From assembly GCA_025201805.1 (NCBI GenBank), contig MU619264.1:94195-158194 (forward strand): a stretch of DNA of 64,000 nt, written 5' to 3'. Positions 25,087-39,028 of the stretch are shown here, piece after piece; the first letter of the stretch is position 1, and each line of letters opens with the position of its first letter. The notes below the pieces were generated by a model. It was not told where the DNA came from, did not search any database, and saw only the letters and a list, made by a program, of their open reading frames with translations. The position numbers and the translations under genes were made by a program. The DNA is from Parasitella parasitica NRRL 2501 (taxonomy: Eukaryota > Fungi > Mucoromycota).

Positions 25087-25655
25087 GTTGTTATTTTTTT
25101 GTATACAGGAAAGGAAAAAAAAAAAAAAAAGAGTAAAAGGGGAAATGGAAATTCAATTCTGGGTAAATCGTTCTTGTCTGGTTTCAAAGAAAAACATGAA
25201 CTCAGTTTATGTGACCAATGGATTAGATAATAGAGACCCTCTCCAAAGGGCCCTTGATTCCTTTCCATTGCACATACAAGCCAATCATCATGGCTGTAGG
25301 GTTGACTATTATTGCATACCGGATATGATGATATTGAATCAAACTCCTTGGATGAAACCCCCTTCTTTTCAACTATATAAATTTCAACATCTTAGAGCCT
25401 ACTGCTTTTCTTCTTTTCTTTCATATTTTGAATCATTCCTCAAATGCTAGTTAGGGTCAATTTCATTCTGAATGGAAACGTCCGTTTCTTTCCATCGCCA
25501 GCTAGTTGCAAACCACCATCCGTGCATACTGAGCAAGATTCTAATGCCCAAGAAGATGTACAAGATTCTCAACCAGAACAAGGTACTTGCTGGCCGTATT
25601 GTCTTTTTTCAAATGTCTAATTTTATCTCTATAAAATCTCAAAGCAAATCCCGAA

Positions 25656-27260
25656 ATGACGGCAAAACCGGTAATTAGTGACCAGAATGGAGGGGATTAC
25701 GGTACTATAATTATCCACAACCAAGAGAATCTTCATGTTGAATCAAATCATGAAGATCTCTGCAGAATCGAACTAGAATCGACGCCAGATATTACAGACA
25801 AATCGTCTGTAGAACAAGACATGATGTACTCTGCTTTCTCTGCTTTCACGACAGCGTCTACTTCGCTACAGCCGCACAATGACATCGAGAGCCTGAAAAG
25901 CAGTAATATAACTTGCTATCATAGCGTATTATCAAAGAAGCCTGTGAGCAGCCTTTTACTCGAAAGCCCAATCCCATCGTGTATCGGTAGCATTGACATC
26001 AAAGAGGATAATAGCGTTGTTACAGATGATGAAACAATCACTCCCCCTGCAAATCTGATCTACTACAAGAGACGCGAAGATTTCTACCCACATAAGACGA
26101 TTGTAGAACATCAACAGCAACAGGAAGAAGGCGAAATATACCCTCCTGCATTGAACCACAGTAATAGACGTCAAAGCATCCAGTAAGACATCTCTTTTGC
26201 CATTGATCGGCATTATCTCTTCTTGCTCTCCTAACAAATGTATCTCGATTTATTTTATAGCATGGCAGTGAAAAAAATTTATTCTACCAAGCCGGCTTCG
26301 CTACATGACGGCAATGGGATGCCCGTATTCAAGCCATCAGGAACCTCTAAAAAGCCAAGAGACATATACCGAAGAATAAAGACGTTGGTCAAGCATCGAA
26401 AATAATATTAGATAACAAATGTATATAACTATATCCCCTATATTGCCATCATTCCCATTGAAACATTTTGTTTGTCGGCTTGTGTACAACATGTCGTGCA
26501 AACCATAATAAACGCTGCATATTTGAATGATAACACACATGTATATTGGCTCATAAAGTTTCACAACCTCCTGCGTTTCTCTTACATTCACAGCTCTGAT
26601 CGTCTTATAAATAAACTGATCAGCAAGAGTACATGGCAGCAAGGTTCTTTATTTGCGACAGAAATGTGGAGCGGTTTGCGTTGGATATTCTACTATATCT
26701 CTCTGATTCTGATATTGACATTGATGGGCTTGTATGGTAAATATTTGCATGTTTCAAGGTTCAATCCCGCGAGTTATATGATTTCATGAATACATGCCTT
26801 GATATAACTAGCGTGCCAACGTCATCTCGTTTTCTGAAATTGTATGAGTCGCATAATATATCTTCGCCATATGTCCTAATATAAATATGTTGAACATTAG
26901 TAGCAATCTAAGATGTGAAAGTTTACTTCTTGCAATTACGTTTATTATCAGGTACCCTACTTCACCATTATTAGCTTACAGATATTAACTAGCTTTGCCA
27001 AATTTGATTATGCACAGCCGAATATTTTAACTTTTTTACCGCAATAATACATTAATGACGGATGTGTGAGCGCTTGCCTGATTGAAGTGTAGTCCTATGA
27101 AATAACTAATAAAAGTTAAATTCTTCTTCAATAATTATTACACTAAAGAACGCTGCATTGAATATAAGCAGAAATATCAGTGACAAGGCACATAAAGTGT
27201 TAAATAACGCCTAATAATAATCTCATCATAGCACCCAAAGGGTTATCATGACAGAGAAAC
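25656..27260 (+). pseudogene. Truncated/decayed JmjN-JmjC (KDM4/Rph1-like) histone demethylase
   Basis: Open 176-codon exon 1 spliced (intron 26183-26260) to DGNGMPVFKPS, which resembles the JmjN start; stop at 26403-26405. Downstream degenerate traces: EMWS (cf. GMWK), RHK, and IIAPKGL/GYH (cf. TFPYGYH). Confidence 0.5.
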
Positions 27261-28248
27261 CTATTTGGCCCTGATAATTTCATCTGCCATTTCTCTACAT
27301 CAACTTTTATTTCGCAACAATATGTATAGTGCTTTGTTTACCTAAAAGTAGCACCAAAAACACATGCAGCACAAACATTTCTAAGAGTTTTGGAGACGCC
27401 AGAACAGAACCTCATACAATTACAACGCTATGCAAGCAGCATCTCTTTATATTAACGATACTTTAGTAAAATCATATATAACTTGGGCAGACTTAACCTT
27501 ATAAAAGTTAATCATCTGGTTTAGCACATGAAGAATATAATAATGATAAAATTTTACATAAAAATACTAATTTTCTAATATGTAGCACATTACGAAAGTA
27601 GCAGTTGCGATCGTGAATCTTGTTATAGACTTTATAACAAAATGATCACCCTCTTTTCATAGCTTCAACATTTTATGTTAATACCGAGGGCACTACAAGT
27701 ACATATGGTTTAACGCATATTAATAGATGACTATCGATGGTTTTGTGTTATATTGGGGAGGGGGAGGGGGTAGTGCAGCTATTATAAAAGGGATGTTTCT
27801 CAAGTACAAGGTGTTACTGATGAGCAAAACTGTATTATGTAACCTCGAAATTCTTTAACTGCCATATATTCCTGCCTATGTATTCACAATCTGAACCGTT
27901 TTATATCACTAGCCAAGATTAATTACAGCTTGGTTTCTGAATGTGGTTACTATAGCAATCGTTTACTAGTCGCTGTAGTGTAATTACATAGTGCTAGTAA
28001 TAGCTGCTATCACTAGCACTAGCATTAGGGCACAATATTCAAAAATACATAATACGGATTGCTATTCTGCGAGCTATGGATTTAATTTGTCCAGTATCTG
28101 TTCCAGCAATACTATTTGGTATGTGTCAAAGATCCACGCAATTCTGTTTTTCGCTTACTAAAACTGTTCAGTCCGAGGGAAAAATAAAACACCTCTGTAC
28201 CTGAAAGATTTAATGGTTCCCTTCTTTCATAAAACGCACAAAAAAAAC

Positions 28249-29976
28249 ATGAGCATGACTTTATTCGAAGCAGCAGCAGAAGGCAATATAGATTACTTGA
28301 AAAGAAACATCAAACTCATCAACGAGAAGAATGAACGTGGCTGGACTCCTCTGCACTTTGCTGCACGTTTTGGGCAGTTGGAAGCAGCCAAATTTCTAAA
28401 GGGCAGCGAAGCAGATGTATCTATTGTCAATGGAGAAGGCAAAACTGCAGCACAGGTGGCTAGTTTTTGGGGTAACGACAAAATCGCACAGCTGCTGACA
28501 GTTGATGCAGCACCTGTTGCCACAGGCTCAGCTGTTGGTGCAGATGGCTCCCCTTTTCCAGACAATTATACTGCGGTTTTTGCGGGTAATCCCCTGAACA
28601 GGTAATAACATGCTAAACAGGATTACCTCCATTTAATAAATACGCATACTGACATACGACCGAAGATATGGTTGGAATCGTGGAAAAGCCGAGTTTCTAG
28701 CCAAGATTGCTCGCTCGCCTAAAGCAAAGTATCTGATTTTGAATGGATTGAAAGCATTGTATAACTCTGAAGGAGGGTTGTATTATGCTGGGTATAATCA
28801 GGTAGCATCTGTTGTTGAACGGGTCTATACAGAAAATGATTTTGTTCCCAATAATACAGACGTTATTCTGATCTTTATGGGCATTGACGAAAGCCAAGGT
28901 CAAGGGGAAGATGGAGAGATTATTTGGGCACTTGATTTGACTCCCCAAGGTGTTCTCAAGCAAGAATATAGCAAGATAATACAGGGTACAGTTAGATGAT
29001 GCGAATATTTACAAAAGTATTCCTAAATCAATAGTGCGTACTTTATAGAGTTTGAATTGCAAAATCTGGAATTTCTACCTACTCTTCCTCGTGCATTTGT
29101 TATGGAAAAGTCGGTCAGTGCTATCATTGCGCAAGCAGCAGCCATGGGTAAATAGCCAAACATGTCGGCTTACTGTGTCTAACAAACAATCTACAAAATG
29201 CGTACAGTTGATTGGAATGCTAGGGCTAAATTCTGTCCAGCCTGCGGCAAACGCACGATCTCACAAGAAGCTGGCTATAAACGTAGCTGTCCCACGACGG
29301 ATGGGGAGAAATGCATTAGCCACACTGGTATCCAAAACTTTGCCTATCCCAGAACAGGTAGCTTATTAAGAAGAAATGCATTACAGGCTATTTTTAAACT
29401 CTTTAATTTTTATTTAGATGCTGTGATCATTGTTTGTATCGTTCACCCTAACGGTGACAAGATCTTGCTGGGCCGCCAAAAGAGATGGCCAAACAAGATG
29501 TTTTCTTGCATTTCAGGTAAAAAGTAGAAAGTACAAAACGAGTGCATACTGAAAGATGAGATGTTTTGGTAGGCTTTGTTGAAGCAGCAGAGACCCTCGA
29601 AGAGGCTGTACGCCGTGAGGCATTTGAAGAAACAGGTGTAGTGGTTGATCGTGTGGCCTATCATAGTAGCCAACCTTGGGTAAATACGGTGCACATGCCA
29701 AGCAATATCAATAATACTCATTTCTCTTTCTAGCCATTCCCCAACTCACTCATGCTGGGTTTCATTGCTGAAGCCGTGTCGACTGATATCCATTTCCGCG
29801 ATGATGAATTGGAATCTGCTCAGTGGTTCACTCGCTCTGAGGTAACTGCAGCCTTAAAAGGTAATATAAATGCTATTTTTTCCATGGCACCCAAGGGATC
29901 ACTTGCCTCCACCTTGGTTCATGCATGGATCAATGATAAGAAATGGCAACAGCCTGGCAAGTCTGCAAAGATGTAA
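28249..29976 (+). CDS. NUDT12: Ankyrin-repeat NADH pyrophosphatase / NAD-cap decapping Nudix (NudC/NUDT12-like) with PTS1-like C-terminus
   Basis: Ankyrin repeats ([12 protein letters not shown]), FAGNPLNR, zinc ribbon FCPACG..C..C, YPRTD, Nudix box [26 protein letters not shown]|PFP, C-terminal -AKM. Confidence 0.92.
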
Positions 29977-30099
29977 TAATAAACCATTTTTCTCGGGGCG
30001 GGGTTATGTGTGCAAATCCGTTGTTTTGTGTATAAATAAAGTTTCTTTTATTCGCGTGAAGCTTTTTTCTTTCTTTTAGCTTTCAACTTTATTTCAAAT

Positions 30100-31085
30100 A
30101 TGTCTTATCAACCGCCACCGCCATCTTACGGACAAAATCCTCAACAACAAAACTATCAGCAGCAAGGTTATCAACAGCAGGGCTATCAACAGCAGGGCTA
30201 TCAACAACAACAAAATTACGGCGGTAAGTTTGCTTACATGTGAGTATGTTGCGCAGCCAGCTGATGTTATATCACACAGCCCCTCCCACTGAAATACGTC
30301 CTGGGGTTGATCCACAACTTTTATCATGGTTTAAAGCAGTTGGTAAGTAGGGCGCCTGACAACCTCTGCATTCCTGGATTAATAACTGTTAACTTAATGA
30401 TATCAGATACTGATGGCTCTGGACAACTCTCTGCCGATGAACTTCAAAAAGCTTTGATCAATGGTGATTGGAGTCCTTTTAATATTGAAACTGTTCGTTT
30501 AATGGTCAATATGTTTGATACTGGTAAGTCTTCAGAGGGGAGCAGGAGCTGAGTTTATTCAATCCAAATGTCTATTTTCGTAGACAACAGCGGTACAATC
30601 AAATACGAAGAGTTTGCTGGCTTGTGGAAATATATTGAAGACTGGAAGAGGTGTTTCCAAACCTTTGATGTCGATCGTTCTGGTACCATCAACGAAAATG
30701 AAATGGGGATTGCTTTGCGTTCATTTGGCTTCAATGTTTCATCTACATTCATCAAAACTTTGATACAAAAGTTTGATCGCTATGGTATAGTATTCGTTTT
30801 TTCTCACTACATATAGCGGCACTCTTTTTTTTTCTAACATTACAATATTAACAGCTACTATTAAAAATACAGGAAAAGGTGATGTCTCATTTGATAACTT
30901 TGTACAAGCTTGCGTTACAATGAAGACCTTGACTGATTCTTTCAAGCAATTCGATAACAACCACGATGGTTGGATTCAGATAAACTATGAGCAGGTAATA
31001 TTGAAATGGGTTCTATTGTGATGTGTGTCATTGTGCTGACTTTTATAAATAGTTTTTGGATCTTGTTGTTCGTCAACGTCCTTGA
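30100..31085 (+). CDS. PEF1: Penta-EF-hand calcium-binding protein (Pef1/peflin/ALG-2)
   Basis: YQQQG-repeat N-terminus. EF loops DTDGSGQLSADE, DTDNSGTIKYEE and DVDRSGTINENE; FAGLWKYIEDW; FDNFVQAC. 5 introns. Confidence 0.92.
30153..30212 (+). repeat. 15-bp coding tandem repeat (YQQQG)x4
   Basis: ctatcagcagcaagg / ttatcaacagcaggg / ctatcaacagcaggg / ctatcaacaacaaca. Confidence 0.85.
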
Positions 31086-32860
31086 TTTCTCTCTAATTTT
31101 TTCATAAGAAATAAATAAATAAAAAATAAAAAAACACTATCATCATTGCGTATTATTATTGAAGTAACGTGTGGCTATTCAATACTTTTTTAATAATTAT
31201 ATCTGTTTACAATGCAATATTGCGATAGTCGAACAGAGCACCATCATTATTAAGCCAAAAAAAAAACGCTGAGTAATATGCAGTTGTATATCATCAATAT
31301 TTGTGATGTTTTCTTGACTAAATAAAATATTTGCTATATACTATTTGTGAGAAGAGAGAGCGTAACGTTTAATTGACTTTATCTTATATGATATATCACT
31401 TGCTATAGCACCAATACCATCTTCAGTTGTACAATCCTCTCAAAGGCATAAAGATCCATGAGATCATAACTCAAAGTTCAGTGATTTTGACCATAATACC
31501 TTAAGTTTTTTTGCCCTCCTGTGATAGTGGTGGTAGGGGGGGGGGGGGAATGATTTGTAGAAAGATTATTGACTTGACCTTAAATTGAATATATGCTTGT
31601 TGTATCTATAGAACTATTTTGAGTACGTTGTCATGGCAACCGTTCCTGGATCAGATCTAATGTCAAATGTCGTCGGTAATTTTATTTAATAAATAATAAT
31701 GATAAAATTAATCATGAAACATCTTGTATATGGATGCGAAACGTAGTAATATTTGTACGAAGAATTGATATAAGAATGAAGGTGCAGCAGCGTGTGTACA
31801 TCAATTATGGTCAAATGTATGTAAACTATGAAAATAAAAACTGCTTTCGTGTATAACTTTTGATAGATACATCGCTCAGTGGGAACCATGTTATGCTCAG
31901 ATAGCCCTGATCGTGTCTGATTTAAGCAAGTTCAAATCAGGCTTTATTTTGCTGTGTATCCTAAGATAAATCCGATTATATGCAATTTTCATATCGTCTT
32001 CTGCTAATGATTCTATAGATGATATCAATTTTTTCATTCAAGTGTTTTTATCAAATTGCGCTGAGTCGAGCCTAAGTTTTCCAGGTTGATCTCAGCTCTC
32101 CGGTTTATTCAGCCAAAGATATGATCAAGTTTTTGTTATAATCTGACAAGTATTTTTACTGCACTCAGCATCTTGATTGCAATCTACTCAGGAGGTACTG
32201 CCTGTTTAACAAATATATTTGATAAGTAATTAACCGTATAAATCGACTATGTACAATAATTATGGGATTAGGCAGCCGTGGATATTTCCAAATGAGATTT
32301 CTTTTTTTGTTACTAAAAAAGGAAATTTTGAGCAGTAAGCTGCATTTTATTTTACATAATGGTAAATGTATACTGATTAGTTGTGTATAATAATCTGAAG
32401 AAGAAAATAATTATATGGTAATAAATAAGAGGTACATGAGCATATTTTCAGAATAACCATCGGTTACATGTATTGGGAGTGTTCTCAAACGTTTATAAAA
32501 AAAATCATCATCAGCAGCAGCTCTCATCTCTGAAAAGCTTTATCAATATCCCGGTCCAGTGAACATATTAAAAAATATGTGTTGACTTAGTAGGACTATC
32601 AACAATCAATAGAATCCCTATCATGAACTACAAGAACATGGATTAAATAATAGAAAAGTTGGTGCATGCCTTGATTTAACCAACTTTTTCAAGTAGTTTT
32701 TCACAATGGTGACTAACTTGAAATGTTAGATGATTGGCTCACAATTAATTTGATTGAAGGTTTATTTTTGGGATCTTGGAAGAATGAAGCAAACTAATAT
32801 AATGTTTGTCTCTCTTTTTTCACTAATATTCTCTTTCTTTCGCTTCTTACTGCAAAAGAT

Positions 32861-35719
32861 ATGGAAGTAGTACAAGTTCAGCCGAGAGATTCTTATTTAC
32901 ATAATATTTATGTGCCTAAAAAAGGCACTGTCATAAGATGGTCTTTTACAACAAAAAAGAATAATATCGCATTTGGATTGTTTCGTCGTAAAGGCAAAGA
33001 ACCGTTACCCAATTCGTCAGATATCATTTTCCGTGCTCAGCAACAGTTGAAAACGAGACAAATGTCTGTTTCTTCAGAATTGGGTGCTAGCAATAGAAAT
33101 AATAGCCAAGGTAAGAGAAGCTAGAAAACGAAATAGAAAGATCGCCACATTAAATCAAAACCTGCTAAATTCAATACAGAATCCACATCTACTCTGGGGG
33201 ATGACGATGCAGAATTTGGTTACAACCAGTCTTCGAGCCAATCTATTCATAGTCATCATAATAGTAGCAGACCTCGCTCAAAATCCGTTGCAACCATCAA
33301 GCTCAAGGAGAGTGGAATGGACGAGATTATTGCTATTCAACATGCCCAATCTTCTGATCAAAAGGTCGAGGGTATTTATGTAGTGGATGAGCCCGGAAAT
33401 TATGTGTTGGTATTTGGTAAGGGATATTGAGACGATGTATAGAGAACTGTAGCTTACCTATCGCAAGACAATACATTTTCAAGAAACACACCAAAAAAAC
33501 TGACGTTTTCAGTGGCATTAAGCGACCGTGAAGATGTCAAGGTGCCAGAAAATGAAGTGTCAGGCTGGCTGTTGAAAAAGAAGCGTAAACGAATGCAGGG
33601 CTGGGCCAAGCGTTGGTTTACATTGTCACCTAATGGCGTACTGTCTTATTCGACATCTCAAAATGGCGTTACACGAGGCTCTATCCAGATTCTTGTATCC
33701 ACCATATCCTACAATGCAAAAATGCGTCAAATCAACGTTGATTCTGGAACGATGCTGTATCATCTCAAGACGTTGACCGAGTCAGACTACAATTTATGGC
33801 AATCTGCATTAGTCGAGACTCGTAGAAGGAACGGGGAGCATATCGATTCTTTTCTACCTCTGGATGAATACAACAAGAGCAGTATCAGTCTCACTGCCAA
33901 CAAGCGTCATTCATCGCGCTATAGTGATAATAAGAAAATCAGGGCAGAAATTGAGCAGGGATTGGAAACATCCAGTCTGCACCAGCAAAACACCTTGTTT
34001 CTGGCCAGCACTATCGAAGAATTGAAGCAAGTTTTGATTAAGAACGACTTGCAATCGATACAGTCCTTGATGGAAAAGCTTGATCGTCAGAAAATGCAGA
34101 TGGTAGCGGATGCAAATGAGCAAATCTCGCAGTGGAAGAATGTGCAAAACTATTTTACTTCGTATGGCTTTCGTCGCTCGGGATCCAATTCACCGATTAT
34201 TAGCTGTACTCAGCAAGCACAGGATGATGATACTATTCCCGAGGGCTATGAGCATCTTCACCGCTCATCCAGTGTGTGCTCACAAATGTCTTCTGATCAA
34301 TTCTTTGATGCTGAGGATATCGTGCTTAGCGGTGGCGAAGAGGATGATGATGCGATTGAGGCAGGGTCTAGCATCGACGATGAGAGCAGTGATGAAGATA
34401 GTGGTTGGTAGTTTTAAATGGTCTATATATGGAGTAATTAACATTGTCATCTTTTATAGAGCGAAGCAGTGGTACAGATTTCTTGGATTTGGCCACAATG
34501 GGCGATTGTACACGTCGTACAAAGCTGCCATCACCAGCGGTAGCAGATGCAGGATCAGCCCTCTCTGTGTTTAGAAAGAATGTTGGCAAAGATTTATCTA
34601 CTATCGCAATGCCAATCAGTATGAATGAGCCATTGAATATGCTCCAAAAAGCATGTGAAGAGTTGGAATACTGTGAACTATTAGAGAAAGCCTCTACAAT
34701 GACCGATGCCATGGAACGACTCATGTATGTAACTGCATTTTCGATTTCATCCTACGCTTCCAGTCAATATCGCTCGGGAAGAAAGCCCTTTAACCCAATG
34801 ATGACTGAGACGTATGAGAATATTCGTCCTGATAAAGGGTTTCGATTCATTTCTGAAAAGGTATCGCACAATCCATTGATCATTGCAGCCCATGCGGAAG
34901 CAAAGGGGTTCAAATACTGGCAGTCAACACATATCAAAAGCAAATTCTGGGGTAAATCAATGGAGTTTATGACCGAAGGCAGTTTCCATGTGACGCTAAC
35001 GGGCCACGATGACCATTTCACATTCTTCAAGCCATCTAGTTGGATGAAGAATATGATTGCTGGCGAGAAATACTTGGAACATTCGGGAGAGTGCAAGGTT
35101 ACAAACAAAACAACAGGTGATTACGCTGTCATCACGTTCAAAGAAGGCACGGGTGGTGGTCTGTTTGGTGCTCCTTCTAAGCGAAATGATGTCATTGCAA
35201 CGCTTTATGATTCCAGTAACAACAAAGTGCGTCGTATAGTTGGCAAATGGAGCGAATCACTCGCTGAGGAAGTGGGTTTGGACAAAAGCAAGCTCTCTGT
35301 CATATGGAATGCTCGTCCTCCTGGAATCAAGAATCCCGAAAAATACTTTGGTTTTACAAAATTTGCTACAGAGCTTAATGAAATGACTGAACTAGAGCAA
35401 GGCAAACTACCGATCACTGATACAAGATTAAGGCCTGATCAAAAATTGTATGAGCAAGGTATAGGTATCCAAGCGTGATGTTTGTAAATAGATTCTAAAT
35501 ATAAAACACATCTCAATAGGAAAGGTGGACGAAGCTGATCAGGAAAAACTTCGAATCGAGCAACTGCAACGAGATAGACGCAAAGATTTTGAAGCACAAG
35601 GTAAAGAGTGGTTGCCTCGATGGTTTTCTCGTCAAGGTGAGGAATGGCTGTATTCTGGTCAATACTGGCCAACTAGAGAAACTGGCCAATGGCCAAAAGA
35701 GCAATTTCCCTTGTGGTAA
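32861..35719 (+). CDS. OSH3: Oxysterol-binding protein with GOLD, PH and ORD domains (Osh3-like)
   Basis: GOLD (WSFTTKKNNIAFG, YVLVFDNTFS), PH (GWLLKKKRKRMQGWAKRWF), FFAT-like QFFDAE, ORD (GKDLSTIAMP, KPFNP, EKVSHNP, TDTRLRPDQ). Confidence 0.93.
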
Positions 35720-35873
35720 ATATGTAAAATATAGATTCGAACAAATACATTTTTTATACATAAAAAGCTTTGTGTATAATCGAGTGCTGTATTTGGTTTT
35801 AATTGTGTGTACTTTTGCTGCAAGATGTTTGTATATAAATAATGTCTATTTTTAACAAGTAAACATGTCAAAT

Positions 35874-36183
35874 TTATTTGTTGCCCTATAGGAAAAAATA
35901 GGGATGTCAGTTATGAAAAGTGAAGTTTACAGCAGTCAGAGTATACATACACGAGCCATGTTGATGGCACCCCAGAGAGAGCCGGCAACACCGGTACCAA
36001 GAACGAGGAAAGTGGTATAGACAAAGAGCTTATCTCTAGGACCACGAAGGAACAAGAGAGTGTTGGAAGGAGCCTGCGAGTCGATCGTTAATCATTATAG
36101 AATTTATACTTATGGACATTATACTTTACTTGGAAAAATCTTTGTTGAGCTGCAATATTGTTGGGTCTGTTAACGAGAGACAT
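35874..36183 (-). CDS. COX7: Cytochrome c oxidase subunit 7/VIIa-like small protein (3 exons; not in the ORF track)
   Basis: MSLVNRPNNIAAQQRFFQ|APSNTLLFLRGPRDKLFVYTTFLVLGTGVAGSLWGAINMAR|GNK*; N.I...Q..FQ and ..RG..D motifs plus one TM helix. Confidence 0.8.
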
Positions 36184-36386
36184 TTTTTTTTGTTCAAGTA
36201 GTTTAGGAAAAAGAGAAGAGTAAGAGATTGAGTATGAAAGAAATTTGAGTAGATATTGTCTGAATCAAATCAAAACAAATTTCTTTGCACTGGGGCAAGT
36301 TTTCAACCTGCTACGTCACTTGTTTAACAAAAAGAAAGTTCCTTACTTCTTTGTGCCTTAAACAACTCTTTCTTTTATTCATCGTG

Positions 36387-37142
36387 ATGGAGGCTGCAGC
36401 ACCTATAGATCCAAACGCAACCCTTGCTGTAGATGCCATGATAAGCAATGAGATAATGCTTAATGAGTTCAGGAACCTTTTCGAATCTGGAAAAACCTAT
36501 CCGACATTAGCAGATTTGCGATCAGAAATTACAAACTTTGGCCAAAAACATAATGTAGTCATGAGCATTAAAAATTCAAACTTTCGAAGCATTCATCTAT
36601 GGTGTAAACATGCAGGCGTATTCACAAAACTAGAACGAAAATCAAAAAAGGCTAATGATAGCGATAAAGTGGTTAAACCTAGAAAAAAGAGCACTCAGAG
36701 AACAGATTGCCAATGCTTCATAAAAGCAAAGTTGATAAACGAGATCTGGGTGATTGAGCGCAGCCATGGAGAGCATAACCACCCTATACCCAAGAACAGA
36801 ACGGTTTACAGCGTCCATAGACGACAAAACAAACAGACAAAGGATCTTATTTTACAGCTACTGAATAATGGCCAAAAGATCAACAGCATCCTCGAGTATT
36901 TGCATATGATTGGCATTAGTAACATCATAAAAAAAGACATTGAAAACCTGCAGCAGTACTTTCGAAGGGCTGAAAAACTAAGCATCAAAAAAGAAAACAT
37001 TCAAGAAACAGTGCAGCAGCATAGTAATAGAGATCCATCTACTGTTGCCACATTACCTATCATTATACCTAACATGTCACCGCAAGATACCTCAAATAAC
37101 CATCATTTTGCAATTGTAAGTGAAGAAACCATCTTGTACTAA
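36387..37142 (+). CDS. FAR1/WRKY-GCM1-fold DNA-binding protein (Mutator/MULE-derived, no DDE domain)
   Basis: LWCKHAG...RKKSTQRTDCQCFIKAK...WVI...HNHP followed by an HTH-like region ending KKDIEN; intronless. Confidence 0.75.
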   Translation: MEAAAPIDPNATLAVDAMISNEIMLNEFRNLFESGKTYPTLADLRSEITNFGQKHNVVMSIKNSNFRSIHLWCKHAGVFTKLERKSKKANDSDKVVKPRKKSTQRTDCQCFIKAKLINEIWVIERSHGEHNHPIPKNRTVYSVHRRQNKQTKDLILQLLNNGQKINSILEYLHMIGISNIIKKDIENLQQYFRRAEKLSIKKENIQETVQQHSNRDPSTVATLPIIIPNMSPQDTSNNHHFAIVSEETILY

Positions 37143-39028
37143 TTCATTTTACCAAGAGCCCGCACGATTGTACCCCAAGATGATCCCATTTCGTTTATAT
37201 ATTAACAATAAAGTAGTATATATACATGATCAAGTACATCTTTTTGTTTGAATGTATATTGCTCTGTTTCTATTATTCACAAATGTGTTGAAAGATCACA
37301 AAAAGTACAATAATATGCATTTGCATGCGTAAAAGACGCTAGATGTAGCTGGAGCAAGATTCATATTGCTTTACAAAAATAAGAAAAAAAAGAGTGTAAA
37401 TTATTATAGCAAGATATTTCAAAAGCTTTTAAAATAGCTTCAATGATCAATAGTCGTAAGTTACAGAATCACGGTTTGCTATAATCATAAAATATTTAAA
37501 ATGGTGGGATTGGCCACGGAGCATCGAGAGCAAAAAGTGCTGCTTAAATATAAAGACAATCATGCAGCCAATTCTAAATGAAAAAATTTAGACAACTTAA
37601 ATCACTAGTGTTATAATAAGTAGTCTATGCCTGTTGTACTAATTTTTGAAGAAGGCACAGCAGATGATTGTATACGACGAAAAGAGGAAGATAATAAACA
37701 TTATTAATTTACGAGACAAAATCCAAATATTTTATTGACTGAATGGAATTTATTTATTTACACTAATTAAACCTAGTTGTCAAACAAACTATAACATTAG
37801 ATCCGATTCAGAAACTGTTGCTATGACAATAGCTGCCATGACGACAAATGTAAAATAATGGTAACATATTTTATTCATGGATGCAACAATGCCGTTCATG
37901 TGGAAGACAGGGCCTACGGTAATTTTTTTTTTTTTTTTTCATTGTTCGCTAAGGAAAGGTACCGTAAACGCATGTATACATGCCTTCATATCTGTGCAGA
38001 GGATATCAAAACAGCTTCTCGTGTAACAAAGTCAAAACTCATTTTTAGTTCAAAATAATAGTGCCAAAACGCTCTATTCCCATATCGTAAATGCAGCATA
38101 TCCCTAGTCAATCAAATTCATAATTCAAACGTTCCATCATTTTGTTCATCGACCGTAAGTGCAGTGTATTCACTTGAAAACGATATATTGCTTAATAAAC
38201 TTTCTAATTTCAAGTGTAAACTATAGAATGGTATAACTACCAATACCATTGTGAAAAATTAGCACATAGCTTACAAACGAACTATTAATTGTTTAGTAAA
38301 GTACAGCAGGCAGAGCACATTTATTGACAATGTTTTCTATTTCTTAATTGTCCACATAAGACCTCATCCTCGATTTGAAGTGGACAGATGGATCCTTCTT
38401 AGTTGTATAATAGATGGCTTCATCATAGAAATGGCATGTTCACATTTAACAAATCTTTGGGCCATGTCGTTGGAACACGCCGAGAAAACAGTATATCTAT
38501 CAATCCTTCATACCTGATTTTACTTTATGAAAGTGTTTATGATCACAATCATTACTACCAGGGAGGAAATATATACAAAATGATTCATCATACAAGGCAT
38601 GATTCAATTACATTGTCGACTTCAAAGAACTTCTATGGTTCAATAATCGCTAAAAGAGATTCATAGAATGTAATAAATTGCTCACTATTTACTATAGATG
38701 TTCTTCTTTATTTAAACTTTGTGATATATACTTTATAAATTTTTAAAAAATTTACCACCTTTGATCATTCATTCACAAGCTGTTTGCTACTCCATTAGGA
38801 TGCTTGTTGTCATACATACAGTGAACTCATATTTGAAGCAAGAAGTATAATTTCAATTGCTGGATAGTGAAGGTGTTTTCGTGTTCGGACCGGAGATGCA
38901 GCATATTAGCCATGCTTGTTAAATGGACTGAAGCTAGAAATCTGTCCGAAAAAAGAAATAAACATGGTCAAGTCGGGTGTAAGGTATAGAATCCTCCTCT
39001 TTAGAGAAACGTGGTAGACGATACAACA

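Noticed and set aside
38964-39017. Short uORF upstream of RPL25
   Set aside because: ATG probably lies upstream of the transcription start (pyrimidine tract at about 38992); no supporting evidence
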